NCBI RefSeq assembly: GCF_009914755.1
Contig: NC_060929.1
Origin: the human T2T-CHM13v2.0 reference genome, Homo sapiens
Strand: one strand, 5' to 3'
Length of the DNA: 64,000 nt
The position numbers and the translations under genes are program-made. This document shows positions 35,741 to 50,999 of the stretch, piece by piece. The first letter of the stretch is position 1. Every line of letters begins with the position of its first letter. The notes beneath the pieces are model-generated. The model saw only the letters and a program-made list of their open reading frames with translations, searched no databases and was not told where the DNA came from.

Positions 35741-38700
35741 AGGGAATTAATGATGCCCGAAATGAAGGACAAGGTTAAGTCCTCAGCCCGACTCCTTAAC
35801 TAAAAGGAAAGGCCATCTGGATATGCGAAGCATCAGACGGATGGACACTGTGCTCCTGGAGAAGCAGAGCTCTCAAGACACGTGCTTTCACCAAAATGAA
35901 ACCTATTTACTAAGTTCTATAGTTTAATAAAAACCATTTTATTATAATTTGTAAAGCATTCTGAAATCTTTAGTTGGGCATACTCAAAATTTTGGTCAAT
36001 TATTTCCATATTTAGAGAGAGAAAAATTATATTAGTCAGGCCCAAAGGACGTGCAGCATTTCTAATCAAAGTTTATTTGCTTCGGAGCTTTTCAAGCAAT
36101 GGCTAGCATACAATAGCTTCGATTGGATTTAAATAAAATTATCATCATCATCTCATAGTAATTATTGCATAGGAAGAAAATTATTTATTGCAAGACATAG
36201 CAGGCAGCAAAATATATTCTGCTGTGAAGAGATATTGCCGTGCAAACAGGGAGCTGTTTTTTTCAGCATGCATGTTTATGCGCTGAATGTAAATGCATGT
36301 AAATATCTCAATTTTAACTCTTTATCATTGTTCAAATTGTTTGCCAAGCAATATTCAATACATAATTTAAAACTCTGCAAGATCATTTCTTTCTTATTTA
36401 TAATTTGGCACTCTTGACATCATAGGTTCTTCTGGATATACAGCTAGGTCTAATCTAAAATCTGGTTTATAAACTGTGCTTTAGTTTTTTAAAAATCACT
36501 AAAATTGTTCTTTTGAATATTTGTTTATAATATATCCTAGTCTACAAATAAGTAAGAAATTCAAAGGGAGACCTCACCCTGCCTTCCCCTGTAATTTTTT
36601 GTTCAACATTTGCTCTCATCCATGAGATAATAGGTAGGAAAGTGATCAGAAAAAACTCCCCTGTACTGGTGGGGCTCCTGTAACGTACTAAGTCATTTTT
36701 CTTTGCTGAGCTCTGTATTAGATCCACGGGAGAATTGCAAAGGAAGTAAGGGGTATAGTTCTTACACTTAGATCTTTGTTTTGTTTAATTCATGCATGGA
36801 TACCTGACCTAATTCCTAAACAGATTTGCAGTGGCTCCTTGCGACAAAAGACGTGAAGCCAGCCTTTCTTCTTGTACCCTACTCCACCTCTTGGAGTCAT
36901 CCACTCCCTTGCGGCTCATCTAGCAAGTTCCCAAAATGTGGACATGTTTGTCAGGCCTATCGCTTTAAATATTTAGCAGCCAGTGCTGCACACTCCTGAC
37001 CATTCAGAGCAGAGCCTCACCACTGTAGGGGGCACTGGTGTAGACATCTCCGTGGCTGCACTGTGTGGTCAACTGAGGGCATCCAAGGCTTGGTCAACAG
37101 AATCCAAGCTTTCTCTGAGGTGAATTCCTTTTGCCTCATTTTAGGTTTGCTTTGTGCAGTGAAGCTGGCTTTGGCTTGCTTTACATCATTGAGGCAATGA
37201 CTGTGCAGATGTCAGCTGAGTCCTGCAGGTTTCCAGGCCCCCTCAGGTTTCTGTCAGTAAGGAAACTCAGAAGGCTTTGTCTAGAGCCAATCACTAGACT
37301 GGCTTACAGTAGCAATTCTTTTCACACTAGAATGTTCTCCTAGATGCTCTCTTCCAATTTCCTTTACTAGAGTGGAAGCTTGGCCAAGTGGCTTGTGGAT
37401 TTTCTAAAGAATCCATGATGGCAACTTCAGAAACCATGAAGTTCAGCTTGTCAACATGTTCTGATATGTTTTTCTTTGAGAAAGGTGAAACTGATGGCTG
37501 AAGTTCAGCCAAGCACAACATGAAAATGCTCTAGAAAGGCAGAAAACATCTATTGAAGTAACAACCACTGTCCATCTTAACGGATGTGGCTATCACGGCA
37601 AAAGACAGCATTTCGTCTAGGAGGAGACAGACAGAGAGCCTCAAACCCCCAGCACATGCTGATGAAAACACAGTGGGTCAAGACATGACAGTGGGTGCAA
37701 ACCTCCTTCTTCTTAAAAGAAGTGGAATAAGAGTGTATCCTCTCCATACATCAAGCAAGCATCCTTCCTACAGCCTGCGTTTCACCAGGAAAAGAAACAA
37801 GAGGTTATGCCTTTGGTTTTCCAAATGGGGCTCACATAGGAATTTCTGATGTTGCCCAGGCACACGTGAACGGCCGACACCCAGAAGCTGTTGGAAGCAA
37901 TGTCGAAGGCAATGGAGTAGACTGCGGTCAGTTCCTTTACAGCTGCTTCAAATGGCAGCACAGGATAAGACACATGCTGCAGAAGATGTCATGTGTCAGG
38001 GGTATGGGATTTCCATTCTGTTTTAAGCCATCATTCATCTCAACCTTTGGCACGTGGCTGAGTTTTTCTGGCAATCAGGGAAGCCACAACAGAGGGGTTC
38101 TTCTACACAATGAATTTTGTATTGGAGCAAATTCAAATTGTAGTCAAATCCAATTCTTTTCAAATCATAAATGAATCCATACGGTGTACACAGAAGGTGC
38201 TCTGCTGGTCTTCCTTTCTCGTGGCTTCATGTATCTGTTGGTGGAGTCTTACTGCACGGAAGCCTCCTGTCCCCATCACATGCACTGAGCTCTTTCTTTT
38301 GCAGGCAGTTCCAACTTAAGCACAACCCACAAATATAAGGATGGGTGTTCCTAACCATAATGGTAGGAAATATTTTCAGTTACATAACTCACCCCTAAAC
38401 TATCATAGATATCATACTGTGTAGATAAAAGTACTTTTACTTTCCCTGACTCATGTCTCCCCACATTAGTTTGGTGTGAAACATTGCTTTAGTAGCACGG
38501 CAATTTTAACAATTATTATTTTTTCCACAAAGATGATTTTCTAGTTATAGAAAGAAAAAACAAAAGAAAAAAACCAATTTACATCTAGTTCTAATACAAC
38601 CAAGAGTGAGAAAGAAATGTGACAATAATCTCAAAGAGTGTACATTTAAGAAAATATACGAAAGTTGGGAGTCTTGACCCGGGACTGGACAAATATTTAT

Positions 38701-39677
38701 GACTCTCTAGCTTGAATAATGTATTTTCTTTAAAAACACATTTTCATCTACTTCATCAGCATAGCTACAAGGAAATTTTAGAGTTAAGACAGAAGGTCGA
38801 CGGAATCACAGATGATTAAAAGATCTTTTTAGACAGTCAACTATGCAATCCATTTGCTAAATACTTGCTGATGGGGTACTTTTTGATGAACTGAAAACCA
38901 AATATCACCTAGAATGGCAGTGAGCCTGATTAAGATGAGTAAGCAGCAGAGTTATTTGAAATGCTGTATTGAGGCCACCTGGGCCATTAGTACTCCAAGT
39001 AACACTGCACATTTTAAAAGGGAGGGATGACAGCTTATGGCTAACACGGACTGTGTTTACATGTATTCCATATATGTGCCAAATGTTTTACAGAGTCTCA
39101 TTTATGAAACCTTCACGACTATGGTGTGGCTACTATAATTATCTCCATTTTACTAAGCCCAAAAGTTCTACAATCATGAAAAAGCTTTAATGTTCCCTTT
39201 TTGAAAATTCCTTAATATGTAATAATTGTGACTTTTAATAGACATGAATATTTCATTTAAAAAATTAACTGCTAAGTAGGATAAGCCGTCTGTTGTTAAA
39301 CACACTAGAAACCAGAATATATACCTTATTAGCAAAAACTGACACACCTTGTCCTTTGATCAATTATTATTAATGCTATTCTAATAAAGAGCCCTGGGTA
39401 TTGTACGATGCTCAACTACTACTTCATCCACTGACAAAAACTGTTCATGATCACAGAATTTTAGTGAGGATTACATTTACTGGATTATTGAATATGAATC
39501 CATGCATGTCACATCTGATACCATTTTCTTCAGTTGTTTACTCATTTGAAAACACATATTGAGACCGCCTATGTTATTAGAACACCACAATATTTATTTG
39601 ATTAGTACATTTGCCTCTGTGTTGGATAATGGAAAGTTTATCTTGAGATATAATATAATAATTTAATAATGATTCTA

Positions 39678-39944
<267 letters not shown>

Positions 39945-40671
39945 CTACACCAAAACATGTTTTTCATATAAAGTATCTGCTAACAATTAATCGCACCAAA
40001 CTGAATTAAGGCATACAAAAGGAAACAAGAAAAAAATAAGTGTTTGCTTTATATTTGATTGCCGGTATTTGCTTTAATATCCTACCAATAAAAATCCAAA
40101 TGTATTTCTTTCGAACTATAGAATTTTGGAAAGGTGATTTTAACTTCATATTGAGTGCCTTAGACATTTCTCTCCATAAAATATGCCACAACCTCATGGA
40201 TGAAGCACATGAAGAAATAAAAGGCATTAGAGTGATCCTCATTCCCTAGACTTATTAAATTTAACCATTGTCTTAAAGGGCTGCAGGAATGATACACAAA
40301 ATGTTAAAATTATGCTTAATAGGGATATGCTCTAAACATTTCAAAGGAATCAGAAGCGAAACGAGAGACTGGAAGAATTGACACAAGGAGTTTTATCTCA
40401 GAAGACCCGCGGAAATAAGAACGTCTCTTACATGAGAGACAGAAGGTGTGAGGCCAAGGCACGTTATGCTTAATTTAGGTATTTGATTCAACAACAACAA
40501 AACCACTCTACATTTTACTCTTCTTTTTATCAAAAGAAAATTTTAATCTTTTATAAGTAAATGCAAAATATTTTTGCTGTGTATTTTGAGATGCATGTTC
40601 TCCTGGCTGCCCTTTGATTTGGGGAACAATTTTAAAATTTAAATTAGAAACAAAATAAAGTGGCTACTTAA

Positions 40672-41210
<539 letters not shown>

Positions 41211-41226
41211 ATCCCCAGGCTCTTTC

Positions 41227-41520
41227 AGTAGTGCCCAAGTGCTGCTCTGTGAGGTGACTCTAACCACACCGTTTAAAACTGCACTTAGAACCACACCCTC
41301 ACCCCAAGCCAGCATTCTTGTTTATCTTCAAGTGCTATTGAATTCTTCATAGGATTTGTCATGTTCTAACTTATTTGTTATGTTTATCATTATTGTCCGT
41401 CTTCTCCTGTTAGGATGTGTGTTCTGGGAGGAAATGTCTCTGTTATATATCCCTATCCCTAAACCCAGTGCAATGCCAGACACCTCATAAATGTTCAGGA
41501 AATATTTGTCAAATGAATGG
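41227..41520 (+). mobile_element. L2 3' end
   Basis: Ends ...TGCCAGACACCTCATAAATGTTCAGGAAATATTTGTCAAATGAATG. Confidence 0.6.
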
Positions 41521-42817
41521 AGAGGGTTAATTAATATATTACTTGCTACGTTGGTGTTGCTCAGCTTTGCTAAAATAGTGTTTTCAAAATGAAGAAATAT
41601 CCCTCTTTAAAGACAACAAACAAACAAACAAACAAACAAACACCTCTTTTGTGAACAGCCAAGGATGTATCCAGAGGCCTCAGCCCTGCAGCTCTTCCAA
41701 TCCGGCTTACAAACAAAATAGAGCATGCTTCATTCATACAGGGTGGCCTCTGATGATTCCGAATATGCCTACGGGAATTATTTTCATTCATCAGCAAATG
41801 AAAGCAGAAAAAGTGGAAATCTTCAGAGCACTCTTGGACTCTAAATCCCTAAGTTGGAAACCATGAATGCAGCGTTTCACATATGGTGCCTCCAAGGGAA
41901 CATGACAGGGAAGGAAGAGGGAGGGATGTAGAGGGACAGTGTGGTTGAGGGGGTTATGGTTGCCCAGCCTGAGGGTGGTCACAGCACCTGGGTAAGGGAG
42001 ACTCAAGGATCTTTTGGGTCAAATAAGGAAAGAGAAAAAGAAGTGGGAAACAACTTTACCCAACTTACAGTTCTACCCAGGGCTTGCTTGGCACCCACCC
42101 AAGAGAGATGATGTTTGTATTCCTATATAGGTGTCTTGTTCATGTACCCAGATTATAAGCACATCCACTTTATTATAGTGCTTGAGAAGGGATATTCCAC
42201 GTGTACAAAAAAGGTTAAACTATGAGTATCACTTTCTCTATGAGTGTATATTTGCCCATGTGTGATTTAGTTCAAAGTTCTCTGAATTTAGTTATTTAAA
42301 TAATGATGAAACCATTGAAAAGAGATAATAAATCCATTCTTGCAGTGAATCTATTGGTTATGTACTAAAAACAGATGGCATCATCAATCAATCTATGCAT
42401 TTTATTCATATGTATATATTTTAGCTATATTGGATGTTATAATTAATATTCCTAATTTATTATAATACATTTCCAATTCATATGATTTAATGAATTAAAT
42501 GATTAAAATATATTAAAAGGGAAAATGAATTCAAACTGAATGCAGCATGAATTCTAAATGCTAAAATGAAAACACAATGTTTTCAGTATGGCCCTAATTA
42601 ATGCCATATACCCAAATTTATAGTGAGATTTTCAATTTGATTTTAATCTATTTAGATAAACATAAGTAAGTCAATTAACCTTTTTCTTTTGCTCTTATTT
42701 GGGGTCACCAGATCCTCTATATTAAAACTTGTTTTCTTGGGGTTTAATTTTATCTAAGAATGTGAGAACCCTACTTCTGTTTTCTGAAGCCAAACATTAC
42801 TCAGAATTAAAATGTAA

Positions 42818-43336
<519 letters not shown>

Positions 43337-43661
43337 CCTTCCTCCAATTTCTTGCACCCAATCCATCTACCAGTTTCTTCTGGTACCTAACATGCAATCT
43401 TTCCAAGCTTCCAAACAAACCTATTTTAAACACTTAAAATGTACAACTTTCTGAAAACCTATCAGAAGAAACTTGTCTTCTTTGAAATGGCACCTTTATT
43501 TATTCTCCCCCAAAACGACAAGTTGTCTAGTTCCAATTTATCCCCTTAGTCGATCACTCCACATCCAGCAAGCTGAGCCCAGGTTTTTGTTAACATATGA
43601 TCATTGCAGGTCAGTTTACCCTCTCCTCACATTATTACTTTAATCATCTTCATGCAAAATT

Positions 43662-43662
43662 G

Positions 43663-43693
<31 letters not shown>

Positions 43694-43906
43694 AGACAGA
43701 GTTGCGCTCTGTCACCCAGGCTGGAGTGCAGTGGCGCGATCTTGGCTCACTGCAACCTCCGCCTCCAGGGTTCAAGCGATTCGCTTAGAAGACATGAGGT
43801 TTCGCCATGTTGCCCAGGCTGGTCTTCAACTCCTAGGCTCAAGCGATTTATCCGCCTCGGTCTCCCAAATTGCTGGGATTACAGGCGTGAGCCACTGTGC
43901 CAGGCC
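43662..43906 (-). mobile_element. AluJb-like with an internal deletion removing the linker region; (TTTTG)n tail
   Basis: Jumps from TTCAAGCGATTC to AGACATGAGGTTTCGCCATG; TSD TCATGCA(A/G)AATT at 43650 and 43907. Confidence 0.9.
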
Positions 43907-46084
43907 TCATGCAGAATTCTTTAAAAGTCAAATCTTGAAAGATTTTAGGTTTCATAGCATTAAAATAAAGTCAATAAAATGCTAGTTAATGTATATCTTG
44001 TTATTTATATATAATTCAACAATAAAATAAAATGCATACAAATGATTAAAATGGAAACAATGAATGTTGAATTACATACGGGGAAATGATAGCTTCATTT
44101 GAATCTAGACTGAACAATTCTCATATCTGCTACTTTCCTGGACCTAATAGAATTGGACAGTGACCAGAAGGGACTTTTCATACTTGACCTGAATAGACAG
44201 TCTTAAACTCACTTATTGAGTTTAAGTGAGTAAAGTGGTTCTTTGACAAATGATTGACCTTAGTCAGTTGTTCCTGTGTCAATGGCTCACATTTATTTTT
44301 CTGCTTAGCTGTGCACTTCAGGAATCTAGATGTCGAGAGTAATCTACAAGGAGTAAGGGAGGTGGAGGCTGGTAAACCCCATCCCCAGGGGAAACAAAAG
44401 ATGAATTAACCAATCAAATAAAGCAAAACTATGCCCTGCCTGTCTTTTGTTTTGTTTTTGGGTTGTTTACAGTGAGGGCATTCTTGAACCTGATGCAGAT
44501 AATCTCTGGGGAATGAACACTAGAATGTATTCCCAGTTTGCACCAGGGGAGAATAAAAATGGTTTTCATACCCTTTGCCCTAAAATCCGCTGCTTTGAAG
44601 TATGTTTACAGTTTAAACTCTAGAACTGAGAGTATCTAAAAATCATGCAAAAGAAGGATGCAGTGGGTATCTTCCTTGTTTTTTCCTTAAAAGGTAGAAT
44701 ATATCTAAGCCTTTCAAATCAGAAAACAAATGGATAGGTAATTAAATTATACACAAGAGATATGCAAGTAATGCAATAGCACCTATTGCAAAAATAGGGC
44801 CCCATTTGTTACTCTTAACATAATCTGCATATATTGACAATAGCATATATTTGCCAATGAATTAGCTATCATCATTAAACTGATATCAACATCAATGAGT
44901 AATTTATAGCATATTCAATTACAGCAGTGTTCAGATATTTATGACAGTCTTCATAAAAATGTAATGATAATGATGATGTATAGTGGATAAAAAAATACTT
45001 TAAACAGCTTGCAATAGAATTCCTCTCGGGAGGTATCTGTCTTTATTTAAAAAAAAAATACTATGACAAGTTGCTTAGAGGATAGTGAGACCCCGAGGGC
45101 GTGGCCTCCCAGGCATTCAGGGCAACAGAAGATATCGCTCACCTGCTCTGCATTTGCAAAAGGGAGGGATTTGGAGCTGGGAAGAGAAGACAGAAAAGGT
45201 TGGAGTAGCTTTTGTCAACCTATTATTTGGTGATACAAGGACCTCAAAACAGGTAAGGACCTGGGTGTGTGCTGCTATTCCTCTCAGGAATCTTTCATTT
45301 TAATAAAATGGATATATCTTTAGGCTTCTGGGTTCATGCTGAAAGAAACTAGGCTGTGCCTGAGACTCAAAGTAAATTTTAATAATAGTGTGCAAGACTA
45401 TCGCTACATACTATATATATATGTATAGCATATCATATATACACACATACACATATATAGTATACACACACACACAAACTATGGATACTATGTACTATAG
45501 TAATTACTTTCTTCAGATACTTATGAAAACTCAAGTCCCAATGTCTGAGAACTGGTTTATAGAAAGAGCTGATTAAAAAGAAGATAAGGGAATGCGGTGA
45601 TTTTTTTGCTAAATTTTCAATTAACTGTTATTTTTCAATGGTACTGGCTTTGAAAAAGCTTTTTAAAATGATATAATTATTACACATTCTTTTTTAATAT
45701 TACAAAATTCCAATAATTTTCTCTGCTTATAAGCTACTGGAAGATACAAATTTTATAGATCCCAAACTAGATGACTAAGCAGATGTATGTAGAAATTGCA
45801 AGGTTATCAGTTTGTAAAACACACAATTTACCTCACTGAATTTCAAGCCTTACTCTTATTGAAAAGCCAGTTAAACCATCAGTTTCCATAAAATATGAAC
45901 TGAGGTAAGTCCATGTAGTTGCCTCTGAGTAATACAGAAGTATATTTCATAAAGGTCATAATTTTTTAGTAGAAATTATTTTTGAGAATCTCTCTCCTTC
46001 CAATTGTATGAAATGGCCTGCGTTCTCCATTCGATAGGTGAACCAAGATGAGCTATGTTTCTTTCTCAATTGTGTTTTCGAGAG

Positions 46085-46280
46085 AAAGCACATTGCAGTG
46101 ACTGGAGGTGCTGCCTCAGACCTAGGTTCAAATCAAATCTTAAAACCGGTTTCCCCCAGGCAAGTTACTTAAATGCCTGTAAAGCATGAACAAAGTGTGA
46201 ACCTACCTCATAGGTTGTTTTCAGGACTGAATGAGATTTCAAAAGTGAATTGTTTAACAAAGTACTCAGTAAACATTATG
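46085..46280 (+). mobile_element. MIR
   Basis: CAGACCTAGGTTCAAATC...GGCAAGTTACTTAA...CCTACCTCATAGGTTGTT...GACTGAATGAGAT. Confidence 0.7.
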
Positions 46281-47255
46281 TGTCACAGAACCATCCACTG
46301 TATCAACTTTTTAAAGGATATTCTTAATTGCTTTCTTACCCGGCCAAAATACAAATTAATTTAATAAAATGTTGATATGTGATAGTGAAAGGAATACAAT
46401 TTAGGGTTTAACTTTATAAACTGGATTTAGGATGTACGGTATATATCGAATAGATCTCTTGCTAACTGTGAGACGAGCAGTGAAGTTTTCTGAGAATGAA
46501 GCAGGCTTGGAGGTCAAATGCACCTCAAAGCTGTTTTTTTCTGGCAACTGTTTTTCTGAGAGCAGACACCCTCCACAAACACACTTGTGAGTCCTCAGAA
46601 TTGCTGAACACCGTAAATGAGTTTCAACTTTACTCATTAAGTGCACCCAAGAAAGGCCTCTCCATTTTTTTTAAACACAAAAAATTTCAAGCGATTCCTC
46701 AAGTTTCTTTTCTAAAGACACCACTCAGGAAATGTGATCTTGATAAGTCTAATGGTTTCTATCACTTCGTGTAAATTTTGAGCTGTCCTTGCAGATACTG
46801 AATGCAAAAATCACAAAGCATTGACAATTACAAAGAATGCCTCCAGTAAGTCTTAGTGCATTCTGACTAAACTCAAATGTGAATTTTTATTTCCACATTT
46901 AGATATTTCATGATGCTAAAATCCCATGATTTTCTCTAAATTACAAAGTGTTGATGAACCCAGACTAGAAAGTACCTAAGAAATTCTAGGGCCTGGAATA
47001 ACTTGAATAACTGCTTTCCCTGAATAACTTCATAACATCATCAGTCAGAGGCAAATATCGTGTGGTGAGTGCAGGGTGGATTTCTCCTCCCAAGACCATG
47101 TTCCCAGGTTTAAAGGCTACACTTACACTTACTCTCTCTCTCTCTCTGACTACTATCCTATCTCTGCAGATCTGTACATACAATCTGTTCAAGCAGATAT
47201 ATGCTCTACTTCACAGTAGGAGATTTAATCTATTGGATGTTTCATAAGAATACAT

Positions 47256-47629
47256 GCTACATATATACCATGGACTACTATGCAGCCATATAAAAGGATG
47301 AGTTCGTGTCCTTTGCAGGGACATGGATGAAGCTGGAAACCATCATTCTCAGCAAACTAACACAGGAACAGAAAACCAAACACTGCATGTTCTCACTCAT
47401 AAGTGGGAGTTGAACGATGAGAACACATCGACACAGGGAGGGGAACATCACACACTGGGGCCTGTTGGGGGGTGTGGGGCTTGCGGAGGGATAGCATTAG
47501 GAGAAATACCTAACGTACATGACGGGTTGATGGGTGCAGAAAACCAACATGGCATGTGTATATCTATGTAACAGACATGCAAGTTCTGCACACGTATCCC
47601 AGAACTTCAAGTATTTAAAAAAAAAAAAA
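47256..47629 (+). mobile_element. 5'-truncated L1PA7/8-like 3' end with poly(A)
   Basis: ACATGGATGAAGCTGGAAACCATCATTCTCAGCAAACT, GATAGCATTAGGAGAAATACCTAA, A tail; TSD AAGAATACAT at 47246-47255 and 47630-47639. Confidence 0.93.
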
Positions 47630-48039
47630 AAGAATACATTCAAGGCCTCATGTTATTTAACTTTATTATATCAATTACATATAGTTAGTACCATACCCTA
47701 AAACAAATATTCACTGTCTATAAAGATGGACATTGTTTAAAATATTTAAAGATGGATGGTGAGGGCTGACACATTCTTTCTCTCTCACTTCTCTGAATTC
47801 TGATCTTTCGGCTTTTTTTGTGTGCTGCTGGACAGCTCTCATCCTCCCCACCTGATTAAGCAGAGGTCTCTCCTTAGGGGCCTGGATTAGATTTCCTTGC
47901 CTGGACTCCAAACCCACCACTCGCCTTTGTTATTGGCTTTAGCTTTGTAAGTCCTTGCTTCACAGCTAACTGAGCAGACTATTTGAACTTGAACTTGACT
48001 CTGAGAAAACCTGCCACTACTATGGCATTTAAGCAATTT

Positions 48040-49800
48040 TTAATCCATAATAAAGTGAAGACACCGGTTACCAGCCTTATCATTTAACCTTGTTGTGGGT
48101 GTGATGGTCAATAGAGTAAAACTAAAAAACTGAAATAAGGAGGTGAGTCATTTGGAAAAAAGACTCAGATTATCAAGATTGATGAAAAAACCTTTTGGAA
48201 TTAATTAGAAAATTCAGTAAAATACAAACTTAAAATTTTAAAAATGAAAGCTTCCTCATGGATATATATAAAAATTCATAATTTTCTTATATACTAAAAA
48301 TAATTGGTCAGAATATTAACAGAAAATTATTCCATTCAGAAAAGCAACATGGTATAGAAAATACTTAGGAAATAAATATGTTATGAATTGGGAAATTTCT
48401 GTATGAAGAAAACGACATGTATTTACTGAAATACATAAAAGCAGATGTGAATAAAGGTAAATGGACTACCACATTCCTTCAGTGTTATAAAGATTTCCAC
48501 TGGTCTCCAGATTAATTTAAATATTTAAGCAGTTCAAATCCAAAGCCCAGTAAATTTTAAGTTGTTTTTGGACACAGTGACACTAAAGTTCATCTGGAAG
48601 AATGAACATAGGAAAAAAATCACAAGAAAAATAGAGAATTATGGAAAGATGAACATATTCTAAAGCACCAATATACAGAACAATATGAAATGACCCCAGA
48701 ATCAATAGATAACAATGGGAGAGAAGAAAAAAACTCCAGAAAAGATACACATGTTTACAAGACTTTAGGATTTCATCATGAAGCAGTATGGATTCGATAC
48801 CTAGAATTAGTAATAACAGGCTCACCACATAAGGGATGACACAGCATTTGATTTCTTCACAATGACAAAAAGTAAATTCCAGATGGATTAGAAATGTAAA
48901 TGTAAAACATAAAACAAAAAAGCACTAGGGGGATCTACAAATGGATATTTATATACTACTGGGAAGACCTAAGGTTGATACAAAAGCCAGGAGCCATAAT
49001 GAAAAGGACCGATGCACACACATTATAAACAAACTTAAAGTCGGGTGGAAAGAACTAAACAAAATATTGGCTACGAACATGATAGATAAGAAGTTTAGAT
49101 ACTTAGCATTGCTAAATTCTTCCTTGAATTTAACCCATCTATTGGCTGTAAAGTGATATCTCTTTTTAGTTTTAATTTGTGTTTTCCTAATTACCAGTGA
49201 CGTTGAGTCTTTGAATAAATTCTTTACCAAAGAGGTAAAGAATCAACATGAATAAAATTAAAGTACTTTACTGAACAATATAAATACAAACATTAATAAG
49301 TATAAAGAAATGCTCTGTTCATGAATGAAAAGAGTGGATATTGAAAAGGCTATAAATTCCCCAAAATTTATTTATACTTTTAACACAATTTCAATCAAAA
49401 TTCAAGGGATTTTCTAGAACATGACAAAATGATTCTAACTTTCATCTGGAATATTAAGCAAGCAATAAAAAGTAAGACTATTTCAATAAGGAGGAATACA
49501 AGGGAGACATTATTTTATCTCATTTATAAATGCTACATAAAGCCTCAATAGTTAAAACGTTGTGATACTGATGTAGTAGTCAAGATGGCTTAGTGGAACA
49601 GAATGGATAACCAGGAAATAGAGCCCAGTGTACTTAGGAGCTAACGTGTGATAAAAAGAATTACAAGCCAATGTTAAAGGCCTGAATCACACCTAAAGGT
49701 CTTAGAGAAGTTGACTATAGATCATGTACATTCCAAGAATTTAAGAACTAAATGAACCAAATAAGGGCAAAAATAAGTTAAAGGAAATCTATGAGATTTC
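48040..49800 (+). mobile_element. Cluster of old L1M ORF2 fragments, with a short inverted piece at about 49120-49225
   Basis: AAATACTTAGGAAATAAAT, CTAAAGTTCATCTGGAAGAAT and TAAATTCCAGATGGATTAGA; a second copy of the same ORF2 region at about 49240-49650. Confidence 0.7.
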
Positions 49801-49914
49801 AAGAATGAATGAGGAGTCCTGAACACAAACAAGAATGGAATCAATTTAATTCCAAAAGTAATAACTGTATGCAGATATAAGATACTGCTTCAGCTTTAGT
49901 ATCCTAGTGATACA

Positions 49915-50186
<272 letters not shown>

Positions 50187-50355
50187 TTAATATATCCTTA
50201 TAGGGAAGCATACTATCCATACTGAAGTTAGGATACATCTTTAGATGGTTCAGGTATTCACTTCCTTTTCTTTCTCCTCCTCCACTCCCTCAATACAATA
50301 AGGATAGAGTGTGACACTGGGTAGTTTTATAGAGATAATTTAAATAAAGATATAA

Positions 50356-50660
50356 GATTGGGCGTGGTGGCTCACATCAGTACTTTGGGAGGCCAAGATG
50401 TGCAGATCACTTGAGGTCAGGAGTTTGAGACCAGCCTGGCCAACTTGGCAAAACCCTGTCTCTACTAAAAATACCAAAAATTAGCCAGGCGTGGTGGTGC
50501 ACACCTGTAATCCCAGCTACTCAGGAGGCTGAGGAATGGGGATCATTTGAGCCCAGGGGGCAGAGGCTGCAGTGAGCCTAGATCTTGCCACTGTACTCCA
50601 GCCTGGATGACAGAGGAAGACTCTGTCTAAAAATAAATAAATAAAAATAAAATAAACAAG
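50356..50660 (+). mobile_element. Alu (S-like left arm, J-like right arm), small 5' deletion, (TAAA)n tail
   Basis: Dimeric Alu; TSD AAATAAAGAT(A/C)TAAGA at 50342 and 50661. Confidence 0.92.
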
Positions 50661-50999
50661 AAATAAAGATCTAAGACTGACTGATAACAAATACTCTTCA
50701 AATGCCGGTCTTACTTTTTAAAAGAAATAGTCATCTCCCTTGAGCATAAATATCTACTTTTTAGGTGAATGGTTACTAATCTAATTATCTCTTCATTTGG
50801 AGAGGATAAGATCTAACATATTTATTTGTATGTGGCAAAGCTAAAGTCACAGATTGTTCAACATCTCAAAGAGAATTTTGGATGACCTCACATAAATTTT
50901 GAAAACACACACCCCAAAAGGTAGATAGGTAACTTAATTATTTGAAAATCATTAAAACATCTAAGAATGTGATTATAAGAGGCCCACAAATACTGCCCA

